DNA of 64,000 nt. Source: Ophelia neglecta. Taxonomy: Eukaryota. Position 1 is the first letter of the stretch. Every line of letters begins with the position of its first letter. Shown here piece by piece: positions 24,495-36,019 of this stretch. Where the stretch lies: contig OZ260661.1 in NCBI GenBank assembly GCA_965285935.1, positions 21,142,001-21,206,000 of the forward strand, in the 5' to 3' direction. The notes beneath the pieces were generated by a model. The model ran no database searches. It was given only the letters and a program-made list of their open reading frames with translations, and was not told the origin of the DNA. Both the position numbers and the translations under genes were made by a program.

Positions 24495-24524
24495 AATGGG
24501 CTATCAATCCCGTACGCTGGTATT

Positions 24525-27500
24525 GTGACACTTGATATTCGGGTGGGCAATGTTATTTTTCCGGATCAGGTATTTTTTCTGGAGGATGACACAAAGTTAT
24601 CCCCTGATGGACCAGGTGTGACTATCGGGTGCAATATTTTCAGACAAATGGCTAGACAGGAAGGGCTTGATTTTACCAATTTACCACCTCTATGGCAGAC
24701 CTTTGTTTCCCTGTTTGCCGAAGAAACTACCCCTGCTAGATCTAGTCTTGTCAGAGTCGGCTTTGAACCAGAGTTGATCCCTGCAAATTGTATGAGAGTG
24801 GTTCAAGGTCGTACTCGATCTTTTCCTAAGGGAAGAAAAACTCAGGGTTTAGTACAAGCCACTAGTGGTAATTATGGTTGTTTGCCACGGAACATAATAG
24901 TGATTAACTCCTTGACCAACATAGAAAAACAGAATGCAGCTGTTAGAGTTATTAATCTTAGTGATCAGGATATTTGGCTTCCAGCAAGATCAGTTATTGG
25001 TATCCTATACACTGATGCCACAGTACTAAATCCTGATAATGTAGAAGTCTCTGTCACAGATGACGTAATAGACGTGTCTGTTCGTAGGGTCAATGTAGAT
25101 TCCCCCACCGTCGCTAGTGTGATCTCCACCGAGTCGGACCGGCCTGAATGGCTGAAGGAGATTAAACTCAATGATTCCCTTGATATTGATCAGAGATTGA
25201 AGGTGCTCAATCTTCTAAATGATAATAAGGATATTTTTTCTCACGAAGGTGACCTACTTTCCCAGACACACAAGGTCACTCACGAAATACATCTTAGTGA
25301 TGACAAACCTGTCAAGTTACCTCATAGGCGAATTCCCCCTCACCTCATCCCTGAGGTGAAAGAACATATCGATGGGTTGTTGAAATCAAAGATCATCAGA
25401 CCCAGCTCAAGTCCCTATGCGTCCCCGGTTGTTTTGGTTAGAAAAAAGGACCAAAGTTTACGTTTATGTGTCGACTACAGACTTTTAAATGCCAAGACAA
25501 TCAAAGACGCATTCCCCTTACCGCGAATAGATGAAGTTTTAGAAACTTTAAAAGACTCTAAATTTTTCACTACACTTGATTTAAGTCAGGGTTACCATCA
25601 GGTACCAATGGCCCCTGGTGATATACACAAGACTGCTTTTCGTGTCGGTACTGGCAACCTCTACGAATATTTGCGAATGCCCTTTGGATTAGCCAATAGC
25701 CCCGCCACATTTTCAAGGCTTATGGAGGCTTGCTTTCATGACCAAAATTTTGAGATTCTTATTTTCTTTCTTGATGACATTTTGATCTATTCCAAAGACT
25801 TTGAGTCTCAGATTGATAGACTGCAAGTGGTTTTCGACATTCTTCGAAAAAACAACCTCAAATTGAAACTGAAAAAATGCAATTTTTTCCAAGAGGAGGC
25901 TCATTACTTGGGGCATTTGGTAAAGAATTCTGGTATTCAGCCCGACCCAAGCAAAATCAGCGTGATCAAGGATTGGCCTACCCCCCAGACAGAGGAACAA
26001 GTGCGCAGTTTTATAGGCTTGGTAGGCTTCTATCGTAAATTCGTGAAGTCCTTCGCCTCTATTGCTAAACCACTACACTCCCTCTTAGGTAAGGCCCCTC
26101 GAAAAAAAGGTTGGAAAAAGACTGAAACTCCATTGACTGGTGCTTTCAAACCCAGGTGGACCCCTGAGTGTGAAATAGCATTTAACACACTGAAAGAAAG
26201 ATTGTGCTCCGCCCCAGTCCTTGGATATCCAGATTTTTCCAAACCTTTTATCCTTGAAACTGATGCGAGTTTTTCTGGCCTGGGCGCAATTCTTAGCCAG
26301 GACCAGGAAATTGGCCGTGTCGTGATTGCGTATGCGTCTCGCTCACTAAAACCAGCTGAGCGGGACGATCACAATTACAGCTCCATGAAATTGGAGTTAC
26401 TTGCCTTGAAATGGGCAGTAACTGAAAAGTTCAGGGATTACCTGATTGGATGTCCCCACTTTTCTGTGTTTACAGACAACAATCCTCTCAGTTACCTTAA
26501 AACGGCTAAATTAGGTGCCGCAGAATCCCGGTGGGCTGCCCAACTAGGGCAGTTTAACTTTGATATCTTTTTCAAAAGTGGAAAGTCTAACGCCAATGCT
26601 GATGCATTAAGTCGTGTTCCTCGACAAGTCAGCGAATCACACATTGATGCCATTTTAGATGAATTGAATGATAGTACAAAGATTCCTATATCAGTTCAGA
26701 AATCTATTGTAGAATCTGTCCCCACTATCCCCTTTACGTGGCCCAGTGAATACTCTGCTGATGATCTCCAAGAGGCTCAGAGAGTTGACCCTTGTATTTC
26801 ACGTGTGTGCCATTTATTGGATGGAAAACACAAACCTACTAAGCGACAGTTATCCAAAGAAACTATGGATGTTCGTCGCTTATGTTCAAAATGGGAACAC
26901 TTCAAAGTACATGACAATCTCTTATTCAGAGTGGTATGCCTTAATGGCATAGAGACTTATCAGTTTGTCGTCCCCATGCCTATGCGAAAATACATATTGT
27001 CACTCTCACATGACCGCGCTGGACATCAGGGAGTAGAGCGTACATTTTCCCTCCTTAGAAAGAGGTGCTTTTGGGTGAGAATGTACAGCGATATTACCAG
27101 ATATTGTTCGATGTGTCAGCGTTGTATGATCGCAAAGGCAGGAAACACAAATCCCACAATTTCAAGTCTTGTTGCTAGAAAACCTTTAGAAATACTAGCG
27201 ATTGATTTCACCTTGATAGACAAATCCTCCAATGGTTTGGAAAATGTTCTAGTGATCACCGATGTCTTCACTAAATTCACAATAGCTATTCCATGTAAAA
27301 ATCAAAAAGCCAACACAGTGGCCAAAGTTTTAATTCGGGAATGGTTCCAACATTACGGGATTCCTAAACGTCTCCATTCCGACCAAGGTCGTAGCTTTGA
27401 AGGTCATGTTATAAAGGAACTGTGTGACTTATACAAAATAAAGAAGACTAAAACAACCCCGTATCACCCGGAAGGAAACGGTCAAACGGAACGGTTTAAC

Positions 27501-28508
27501 AGAACTTTACACGATCTGTTGAAATCCATTCCCCGTGAAGATAAGAAAAGATGGCCCAAATTATTGCCTGAGTTGACATATATTTACAATGCCACTCCGC
27601 ATAAATCTACAGGTCTTTCCCCCTTCTATCTGATGTTTGGCCGTGACCCTGTGTTGCCACTAGACATGGTGCTTGGTTCCCTAGGCCCCAGTGATTCCCT
27701 GGATCCGCACCCGAAACCTTCCTCACAGAGTGTTTCCGATGTGGACCCATGGCTCACAGAGCACCAAACAAATCTCCAGTATGCATATGAGCATGCTGCT
27801 TTAGGCACAGAAAAGCGTGCTGCTCAAAGGAGAGCCCTATACAACTCCCGACCTGGAGTAGATGACAAGCCCATCCCTGTTGGTGGTAGGGTTTTTTTGC
27901 GTAACAGGCCACTAGGCCGCAACAAAATACAAGATAGATGGTCTGATGTCCCTTATGTTGTCATAAGAAAACCCGACACTAACGTCTATACTGTAATCCC
28001 TGCCTCAGGCGAGGGAGAAGCAAAGAATGTGTCTCGGTCATCACTTCTTGATGCCCGTCCTTATTATAAGGGAAACCCTTGTTCTGAGTCGGTGGAGTCC
28101 CCATCCCCTCCAACTAACCTTCACCCGGTTAAGTCGAGGCATGGACACTCCTCTGACGATGAAAGTGACAGTGAAAATGAAGTTTCTTGGCATGAAGTGC
28201 ATGTTCCTACTGACTTCACCTCCGTGATACACCCCCCGGCAACAGAGGTCATAGAAACTAGCAAAAGTCATGAACCAGAAACTGTTATTCTAAGGCAAAA
28301 TCCTGAGCATGTACCTATTCCTAATGTGGAGGTTAGTCTGCCGACAGTTATTGTTGAACCACCTGCCACTGGAATTGCTACAGGTAATAATAACCAGATG
28401 CCTCGTAGATCGTCGAGAAGCAATCTGGGAGTACATAGTAATCCACACAATTTGCCTCGATCAGCAGTTGCATCTAGAAACTGGATAAGTTCTGAAATTT
28501 ATGTTTAA
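24525..28508 (+). CDS. Gypsy/Ty3 pol (C-terminal half of protease, RT, RNase H, integrase); gag and the protease active site are missing
   Basis: Open for 1327 aa. Motifs: SPYASPVVLVRKKD, LRLCVDYR, MPFGL, FLDD, ETDAS, LELLALKWAV, zinc-binding H-H-C-C (HDRAGH...CSMC), IDF, SDQG, GQTERFNRTL. The upstream frame reads EAANGLSIPYAG. Confidence 0.95.
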   Translation: MTLDIRVGNVIFPDQVFFLEDDTKLSPDGPGVTIGCNIFRQMARQEGLDFTNLPPLWQTFVSLFAEETTPARSSLVRVGFEPELIPANCMRVVQGRTRSFPKGRKTQGLVQATSGNYGCLPRNIIVINSLTNIEKQNAAVRVINLSDQDIWLPARSVIGILYTDATVLNPDNVEVSVTDDVIDVSVRRVNVDSPTVASVISTESDRPEWLKEIKLNDSLDIDQRLKVLNLLNDNKDIFSHEGDLLSQTHKVTHEIHLSDDKPVKLPHRRIPPHLIPEVKEHIDGLLKSKIIRPSSSPYASPVVLVRKKDQSLRLCVDYRLLNAKTIKDAFPLPRIDEVLETLKDSKFFTTLDLSQGYHQVPMAPGDIHKTAFRVGTGNLYEYLRMPFGLANSPATFSRLMEACFHDQNFEILIFFLDDILIYSKDFESQIDRLQVVFDILRKNNLKLKLKKCNFFQEEAHYLGHLVKNSGIQPDPSKISVIKDWPTPQTEEQVRSFIGLVGFYRKFVKSFASIAKPLHSLLGKAPRKKGWKKTETPLTGAFKPRWTPECEIAFNTLKERLCSAPVLGYPDFSKPFILETDASFSGLGAILSQDQEIGRVVIAYASRSLKPAERDDHNYSSMKLELLALKWAVTEKFRDYLIGCPHFSVFTDNNPLSYLKTAKLGAAESRWAAQLGQFNFDIFFKSGKSNANADALSRVPRQVSESHIDAILDELNDSTKIPISVQKSIVESVPTIPFTWPSEYSADDLQEAQRVDPCISRVCHLLDGKHKPTKRQLSKETMDVRRLCSKWEHFKVHDNLLFRVVCLNGIETYQFVVPMPMRKYILSLSHDRAGHQGVERTFSLLRKRCFWVRMYSDITRYCSMCQRCMIAKAGNTNPTISSLVARKPLEILAIDFTLIDKSSNGLENVLVITDVFTKFTIAIPCKNQKANTVAKVLIREWFQHYGIPKRLHSDQGRSFEGHVIKELCDLYKIKKTKTTPYHPEGNGQTERFNRTLHDLLKSIPREDKKRWPKLLPELTYIYNATPHKSTGLSPFYLMFGRDPVLPLDMVLGSLGPSDSLDPHPKPSSQSVSDVDPWLTEHQTNLQYAYEHAALGTEKRAAQRRALYNSRPGVDDKPIPVGGRVFLRNRPLGRNKIQDRWSDVPYVVIRKPDTNVYTVIPASGEGEAKNVSRSSLLDARPYYKGNPCSESVESPSPPTNLHPVKSRHGHSSDDESDSENEVSWHEVHVPTDFTSVIHPPATEVIETSKSHEPETVILRQNPEHVPIPNVEVSLPTVIVEPPATGIATGNNNQMPRRSSRSNLGVHSNPHNLPRSAVASRNWISSEIYV

Positions 28509-28843
28509 TTTGGTGTGTAAAATTGAAAATCCTAGGTATTGTACAATTTATGTTACTTATTGATTATTCGAGTAAGATTATTTGCATTCTAGTGTAATTA
28601 ATTAATTCTTGAATCATGTGTATACAGAGTCAACTAGACACTTCAGTGACTAAATTGCGACTTCGTCGTTAAGGCCTAAAACTAATGTAATTTGGATCCT
28701 TGTAAATATTATTTTGCCCATATAATTGAGCCATGTATTTTGGTATGAATTGTAATTGTAATATTCTGCACAATATTCATGTTTTTAAAAAAAAGTCTTC
28801 AGCATATTAATTATGAGGACATAATTTTTTAACCAGGGGAGTG

Positions 28844-29239
28844 TGTAGGCAGGTAAATCGCCCGCCTATTAGTTTTCTTTCACATCGCTAGGTGGTCTTA
28901 TTCCCGCCTTCAATAATTACCTTTGTTAGTCTGACATTCCCGCTAGGTGTCACTTAGCCATATGCTTCCCAAGCGCGGGCTGCTTCGAATGTAAAGGTAT
29001 AACTTACCTGGTAGCTGAACAGGACACACGTACATGTATGTAGTGAATTAGATCCCCGTTGGATTGCAATTCCTCCTTCCTCGTGTGTGTACCTGGCCTG
29101 GCTCGACTATGTCAAGTTACATTTAATCCCGTCCCTCACTGGATTATATTGTATCATACTACATGTATCTCCACCTGTATATAGCCGAATAAAGTCGTTC
29201 GAAATACCTTATACCCACGACGTTACCTACATTACTACA
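28844..29239 (+). mobile_element. Gypsy 3' LTR (intron-less form)
   Basis: Preceded by a purine tract AACCAGGGGAGTG. Ends are TGTAG...CTACA, with AATAAA at ~29189. Confidence 0.9.
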
Positions 29240-29379
29240 CAAGGGAAAGCACCACCATATAATATTATATAATTGTTCATTAGTTTGTAATTTTATAAAA
29301 GTTATAGTCGACAGCTGATAAAATGTGATTACCACTGAGAGGATTACTGATGGAACCACTTAAAAAATGACAGCTAACT

Positions 29380-29520
29380 TACCGTTTCCAAAGGCCAGCA
29401 GTGTTGTCCGGACACAGGATTCAGGCAGGAAGGCAAACAAATTGGCGGAATCATCACGTGAACGCATGAACAAATGTGATTGGTGGGGCATGGCATGGTA
29501 TGCTCAGTGATTGGCTGTTT
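29380..29520 (-). promoter_or_regulatory. Candidate promoter and first non-coding exon of the Crypton gene
   Basis: Two CCAAT boxes on the minus strand (GATTGG at ~29478 and ~29509), TCACGTGA at 29454-29461 and a GTAAG donor at ~29382, all near the element end. Confidence 0.3.
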
Positions 29521-29831
29521 GATTCCTATGGTGTAGACCTAAGTTATTTCAATTGGAACCAGCAGGTGGCGTCTGATACCAGTCATGTCCATGCCATGGA
29601 CACATTTTGTCCCAGAAACTGTCCAAATTTTTTGTGGGACTTCATCTCTCAAATTGTTTGGACTAGCTTCTGGGACTAAAATAAAGTGTCCATGTGATTT
29701 TGTATCTGGGACTATTTTTAAGTCCCACGAACCCAAAAAAGTCTCACGCGCATCAGTCGTAAAGACGGACAGACGGACGGACAGGGCCATTACTATGTCT
29801 CCCTTCCGCCGCTCCGCGGCGACGGGAGACA

Positions 29832-30390
29832 ACAAGCAATAGAAAGATTGGTACAAGCACAAGGTCAAGTATGGAATGCAGAGAAAGAACAGCGAAACTA
29901 AACATCGGAATAGACCCAGGTAAACATCATATGGTATAATCCATCATTCTCTACGAATGTAAAGACAAATATCGACAAGGAGTTCTTCCGTATATTAGAT
30001 GAAGAATTCCCAAAGAATTCAGAGCTACACAAAAACTTCAACAGGAATACAGTGAAACTGAGCTACAGCTTCATGAACAATTTGAAAAAACATTATAGAT
30101 GGACACAAGAACAAACTCGAAAAAGGAAGAAAGTTGCATTGTAAAAAGATGTCATTGCCAGAAAAAACATGTATGTCCATTGGACGGGAAATGCTAGAGA
30201 GAAAGTGTGATACATTAAGCGAAAATTACACCTAAATCAAGAGATATTAAACCAGAAATATACCTTGGATTAACAGAGAACAATATCAAAGTTATATATA
30301 GAAACCATAAAGCTTCAATCACAAACAAAGAAATTGTACGGAACTTAGCAAATTTATATGGAAACTAAAAGTTACCTGTGAGGATTTGAC
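29832..30390 (+). pseudogene. Penelope-like retroelement continuation (thumb, linker and GIY-YIG endonuclease), decayed
   Basis: Joining 8124 to 29832 restores YQQAIE. Downstream motifs are [42 protein letters not shown] and IYLGLTE...NHKAS. Confidence 0.8.
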
Positions 30391-33300
30391 ATTGGCCGGC
30401 AGACCCCTAAAGTCCCCGACAGCCAGTCTCCATGGTCGGCAGGCCGTATGATCATACGGTAATTTTATATTTGGCCGACAGACCTTTTCGGATCCCGGTG
30501 ATTATCAAGAAAAACAATCAGGCTGAGCTCAGTAAATACATTTTATGTATGTGTATCAATAAACATTCCTTTGAACTTGTGTTTCAACGCTCAGTGGCCA
30601 CCCAACGTCCCTGAAAGCATTACTTTTTCCATTGCAATATACACACACTAATACATACTGTAAATATTGAAGAGCCATAACTGCCCATATATGGGACACT
30701 ATCCATATACATATACTTGTCAGGCCACAACATTGTGGCATTTTCTTCAACAGGATATATAGGGTGGGGCGACAGGAATCGGGCATGGTTTACTACGGAA
30801 AGATACATTTTTCATCGCATAGTTGTGACACTCTGTGCATGTAAAATATAAATCTATACCATAGCCTATGCCACTCTCAGGCATATTTATGCCAGTTTAT
30901 TCTGTAGTTATTGCTATATTATTGTACTGGTCATATATTGTAGTAAAAGGAAAGAACAACGTGCATTTTAAGATCTAAACATGACAGGACAATTGAATTT
31001 TTTCAAACAAGAATATTTTAATGTACACTTTTGTATAGCTACAGAAAGATGTCAGGAGAATGCTGGTTAAATCGGGGTCTTCCCTATGTTCCCCGGTCCC
31101 TATGTTCCCCGGTCCCTATGTTCCCCGGTCCCTATGTTCCCCCGTCCCTATGTTCCCCGGTCCCTATATTCCCCCGTCCCTATGTTCCCCCGTCCCTATG
31201 TTCCCCCGTCCTTACATTCCCCCATCAATATTTTTGGTATGTCCAAATAAAATTATTGTTTGTTCTTTTTAAGCTTTGCTAGAGGGCGAAATCGGAAGGC
31301 AAAAGCAAAATCAAAATCAAAAACAGTGTTGTCTTTTTTAACCATGACTAAAACGGTTTGCCTCGGGTGTTAATGATTGTATCAGGCGGCTAGGTAGTAA
31401 TGTCGGGCCTATTAAATCATGTTATTGTTATAATGTATTAAAGTAATTTGTCAGTTTTGTCTACAACCTGTTTCGTGTCCGTTTAGTCATCTTTTTTGCG
31501 AGGGTGGCTGTAGTGTTCTTATGGAGACAAGAGACAGTTTTTGGGATAGCTTTTACGATAATTTTGATGTGAGAACTTTGATATCATTGCACAACCTATC
31601 AAATAATGATCTTATTTCAACCCTACTCGGAGGCGCTTATTGTGGGATTATTTTTGATTGCGAAAGCGATGTTTATAATCTTCTTTCCTTGGTACTTAAT
31701 ACGTTTGGCCCTCTGGCTAGAACCCTATTTTCCTATGAATATGTGAGCCATTGTAGTAAGTCAAAGCTACAAGCTTGCTAAATGTCCAATGTATGAGTAT
31801 CGCTTTAAATTCTTTGTTTGTGTGTTGACTAAAATGTACCGAAGCAGTGTTCTTTCGCAGTGCAGATGTGTTTTTTATGTTAAGGTGACTGTATATATAT
31901 TTCGCTCTCATTCAGTTGAGGAAAATAAAGCATCAATCAATCACTTTTTTCTCATCTGGTCACTGATGTATACTCCTCAGCATTACCATCATAACAGACA
32001 GCACTAGCCTGCACACCTAATAACAAACACTATCAATTGACTTTTTAAACTTTCAATAGGAAACAACCCTTTTAAAAGAAATAATGAATCTTTCGATATA
32101 TGTGTATTTATTACATTTTGTGTATTGTGTTTGCCAATAACACTCATATTTACACATATCTTTTTAATGATCAGCATCTGAATTTAGAGGTATCTTTTAT
32201 TATCTGCATAATGGAGGTGCTCTGTCAACCTGGTGGCGGCGGTACACTACATAACATGCTCCCTCACCCTGGCGGCGGTAAGACTTCAGGAGATGGTCTC
32301 TTGACATGGCGGCGGCGGTAAGACTTCAGGAGATGCTCTCTCGACTCTAGCGGCGGCGCCTTCTATATTTGGTCTCTCGACGACACTACAGGAGATGATC
32401 TGTTAAATTTTGTGGGAGTTACAATAAAATAACTACCCGATAAACATACAGAACACAGACGGACGTGCTACTGTTTGCGAATTATAGATCAAATTGTTTT
32501 TTGAGTTTCGTGCGTTTTTATATGGCGGGAAACGAGAGTATTTTGTTACCATGGCAGCATACATCTGGTCTTTTTTAGCCCACAGTACTTGAGGAGAGTA
32601 TTAAACGTAACATAAGGAGGGTATAGTAAATTATCATCCTGCTTTAAATTTGACTAGACCCGGGACAAAATTTTCAGACATGAAAAGTTGGTATAACTTA
32701 TTTTCAATACAGGGGATACGTACCCGTGGCCTATACACCTTTTTTCTTTAAGAACTTGTATTGCCCCATTGGACAGCTTCGCTAGGAGGGCCTCCGCGAG
32801 CACTGATTGAGTCATTATGGTAGGACCCACGGCCGGCAGAAAAGACAATGAAAACAACGTGTGTGCATCTCCAAGTACATGTAGGCCTAATGTGTATTAG
32901 ATTATGGTATGGGTCCTGAAGTTGCTTTATGTTTAAGGCTTGGGGGGGGGGGGGGGAGGGGCGTGTTTCAGATCACCCTCAAAATGTAAACTGTTCATGA
33001 CTCTTTAGCAGAGGTGCCACCCACCAATTTGCATTAAAATCCAACTAAGAATACACATGTGTTATTGTGCTCTCAAAGATTTGTGCACATATCTCCGGTG
33101 TGTAAGTAGGCCTAGTATGAGATTTTCAGGTGAAACAGTATGGCAAACTTCTTCCCACTAGGTTTACCCTGTAACCCAAAAGGCACAGGGCTTACCTCCA
33201 CGCTAACCTGGATATCTGGGGCGAATCAAAGTTCCATAATGTTTAGAACTATGGTGGGTGTTGTGTGTTTCAGATCACACTCAAAATCAAATCAGTTCAT

Positions 33301-33739
33301 GACACCCTGGCAGGGGTCCCTTTATAGAGTTTCACCAAATCCAACTGATCATTGATGAGTTATGGTGGTTACAAGAAAATGTTACGGAGGGCTAGACGGA
33401 CCGACGGACAAACGGAACTGTGAAGGAATGCGCGTGTGACGCGTATCAAATTATGGTATGGGTCCCGCGATGAACGGGCGAAAAGATGGACGGACGGACA
33501 ACCCGTAAGCATAAATAAAGTTCAACTCCAAAAGTTATTACTGCTTGCTTTTATTCCTTTTATTCGTTCATAACGGCACAGAACATTGCGCCTGTCAGTA
33601 CAGGTAAACCACCTCCGTTTGACATGATCTTCTGGTATTTAGGAATTGGGCAAGAGTTATTCCAAACTTTTAATAATAACATTAGCAGTTGTCATAGTAC
33701 ATGGCTTTTAAATCTGGCTGTCCTTCGTCTTAAAAACAC

Positions 33740-35724
33740 TTATACATAACCAATAGTGTGGCAGGCAGCCCTCCAGTATGAATTTAGAGTTCTCCCACCA
33801 TTATCATACTGGGCCTTCAGCCGCAACAATCTTGCTTCCAATAGACGCCACTTACGGCGCCTGGGTGGCGGAACTTCTCCGCGGTTTGCTGCATCGATGG
33901 AGGTTTCCACACCTGCCTGTCTGTCTTTCAGGTGCCTGATAAATGCCCAAAGAGACGGATGACGGATGTCCACCGCGTCATTGAGCGTCCTATGATAGCC
34001 TGTGCATTCAATATAGGAAAGGAACACACTCGTAAAGTGGCGAAATTTATTACAGTGCATAATCGTATTATTATTATTATTACTATTATGATTATGATTA
34101 TTATAATGGCTAAATGCCAGAAAAATTGTGTAATCAAACTATTATTATTGCCTTTGTTATTTATTATTCAAGTTATAACTACAAGTTTAGCTTACTTTCG
34201 ATGACATTGTTAGTTCGCAGATCCATATCTCTCTCGTATACATTCCACAAAGTGGTTGGAAAGGTTCCATTGATGTACGTGTTCCGGACGTAGGCGAAAA
34301 AGTCCATCAGTGCAGGGTACCTGTCCAAGTATATATTTAAGCTAACATGAAACAAGGTTACAGTAGTGCTGCTGCTAACATAACTACAAACATTACTGCA
34401 GTAATCGGTCAAGATGCTGAGCTGGGCTCACAAAAATATAAGGGATAACTCATCAAAATTGGTCTTCTTAATCTGACCCCAACCCTAAGCCAAATTCTGT
34501 CCATATTCCCATCCATAATTTAGCAGACGTTCGCACGCGAACGAGGCCGACCCATACCAGCCGATTGTACACCTGGTTGACCATTTTCAATAAATATTTT
34601 ACGATTTATTTTTCTAACGCAATGGTTTTCCCGAAACGTGACAAGTCTAGAACTACCGCTAACCACACCCGTAGCTACGCTTACCTGTTTATCAGATTAA
34701 CAGTCCTTCTGTTCGCTCGAAGCATGTTGAAGTTCATCTGAACTAGAGGTCGCGGCAGGTATCCCAGAGTCATAACCTTGCGCAAGCATCTTTTCACTCG
34801 TCTGCAGTTGCGATAAGGCCTTGTCAATCCAAGTTCTTGTATCTTCCGCCAGAGGGTTTGAGTGAAAAGAAAATAGCAGCCCCTGACTTGGGCATTGGGT
34901 AGCTCTGTTTCAACGGCGCTGACTAAGGCTTGCTCAAAGTCGCAGATCACAGTCCTTGGATGCCAGCGATGGTGTGTAACTCTGCGAACTGCTTGGCGTA
35001 TGGCTCCTAAAACTTGCCGATAGTGTCCCACTGCCCTGTTGGTCATAAGCACATTTACCAAAGGAACAGCAAAATCGTGGTATTTTCCAAGAATTGTGAA
35101 CACCTGAGTGTAAGGTGCAGGGCAGCATTTGAATGTAGCATCCATATAGACTTCTTGGCAACGCTGTAATACCCTCATGTTTTCATCGGTGGCAAAGATT
35201 GTTATGCCCCAGTTGTTGTCCTGGTAGGCCATGTACCTCTCATGGAGCCATGTTTCAGCCCATGGCCCGTCGATGACCACGTCTTCCACGGATTGTGGAA
35301 TTTCTGGCATTTCTCCTGCTTTGACCCTATTGAGGATTGACCTGAACGAGTTAAAAATATCCACCTGGGGCCGATCACCTCCCCCTTGAGCATTTCTGTG
35401 AGCCTGGGTGACAGCAGCATCATACTGTCGCTTGACTGGACATGCAGGGTTCTCTCTCACCATGTCACCCATGGTTTCTCGAAATTCAGCTCGCTGAATC
35501 ATTTCCTCATCAGGCAAGTGCGGGTGGCGTTCTTGAAACACCACTTCTATCCATGCACCTGCGTCGTCAGGAACAAATATATTCGTTTTTAGTCGAGCTC
35601 TACAATCTGACCTCCAACAGCGCCAGTTTATAGAATCCACAGTTTCACGATGCTTCTGGTAGCGAAAGCCATCGCTGACTAGGATGTGTCCGCCTCGGTT
35701 ACCAGCAATAATTCTTGGAGCCAT
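33740..35724 (-). CDS. MULE transposase with FLYWCH domain (3 exons: 34685-35724, 34196-34320, 33740-33999)
   Basis: FLYWCH-like ILVSDGFRYQKHR...WRCWRSDCRAR...HPH. The DDE residues lie in YMDATF, ICDFE and TNNVIE|SYH (across a splice junction). The CxxH position reads CYFL. Confidence 0.85.
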
Positions 35725-36019
35725 CCTGCTTGGGCCTTACCCATTGTCGATTAATGCCAATTTGTAAATTATTTTTTATTTTTGCAATTTTTTTTTCGCA
35801 ACATGACATCATCAGCTGACGACGTCATCTCTGTAACAACAGTCTAAGTATTTCACTGTGTGACGCAAAAGACATCAACTGTGACGTCACCGTTTTGCTA
35901 ATGTTGGCATCCCCTTAGAGCCATAGTTCTTCAGCTAATTTTACAATTCCAGCAACATTTTATTGTACGTTGAGCAGCTACCTCATGCGGATGGACTTTT
36001 TTATCTTGCACTTAGTTCA

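Larger units (their letters stand above)
8940..29767 (-). mobile_element. Large Crypton (CryptonV-like) tyrosine-recombinase DNA transposon
   Basis: Bounded by a 5-bp direct repeat AGACG (8940-8944 / 29763-29767). Imperfect terminal inverted repeats ACGCCTGATGCGTGTGGGACTTT (8942-8964) and the reverse complement of 29738-29760. Removing the element restores the HINE microsatellite. It encodes a YR and no RT of its own. Confidence 0.8.
8125..29831 (+). mobile_element. Pearl/HINE-type (non-autonomous Helentron-like) element, split by the Crypton; the pieces are 8125-8939 and 29768-29831
   Basis: Subterminal inverted repeat GTCTCCCGTCGC (8148-8159) / GCGACGGGAGAC (29819-29830). About four tandem 158-bp core repeats (~8325-8900), an ACGG/ACAG microsatellite and a 3' stem-loop at 29796-29831. 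It is inserted at A^A with no TSD. Confidence 0.8.

Noticed and set aside
31031-31282. Pro-rich repeat ORFs
   Set aside because: They are translations of the MULE 17-bp terminal repeats.
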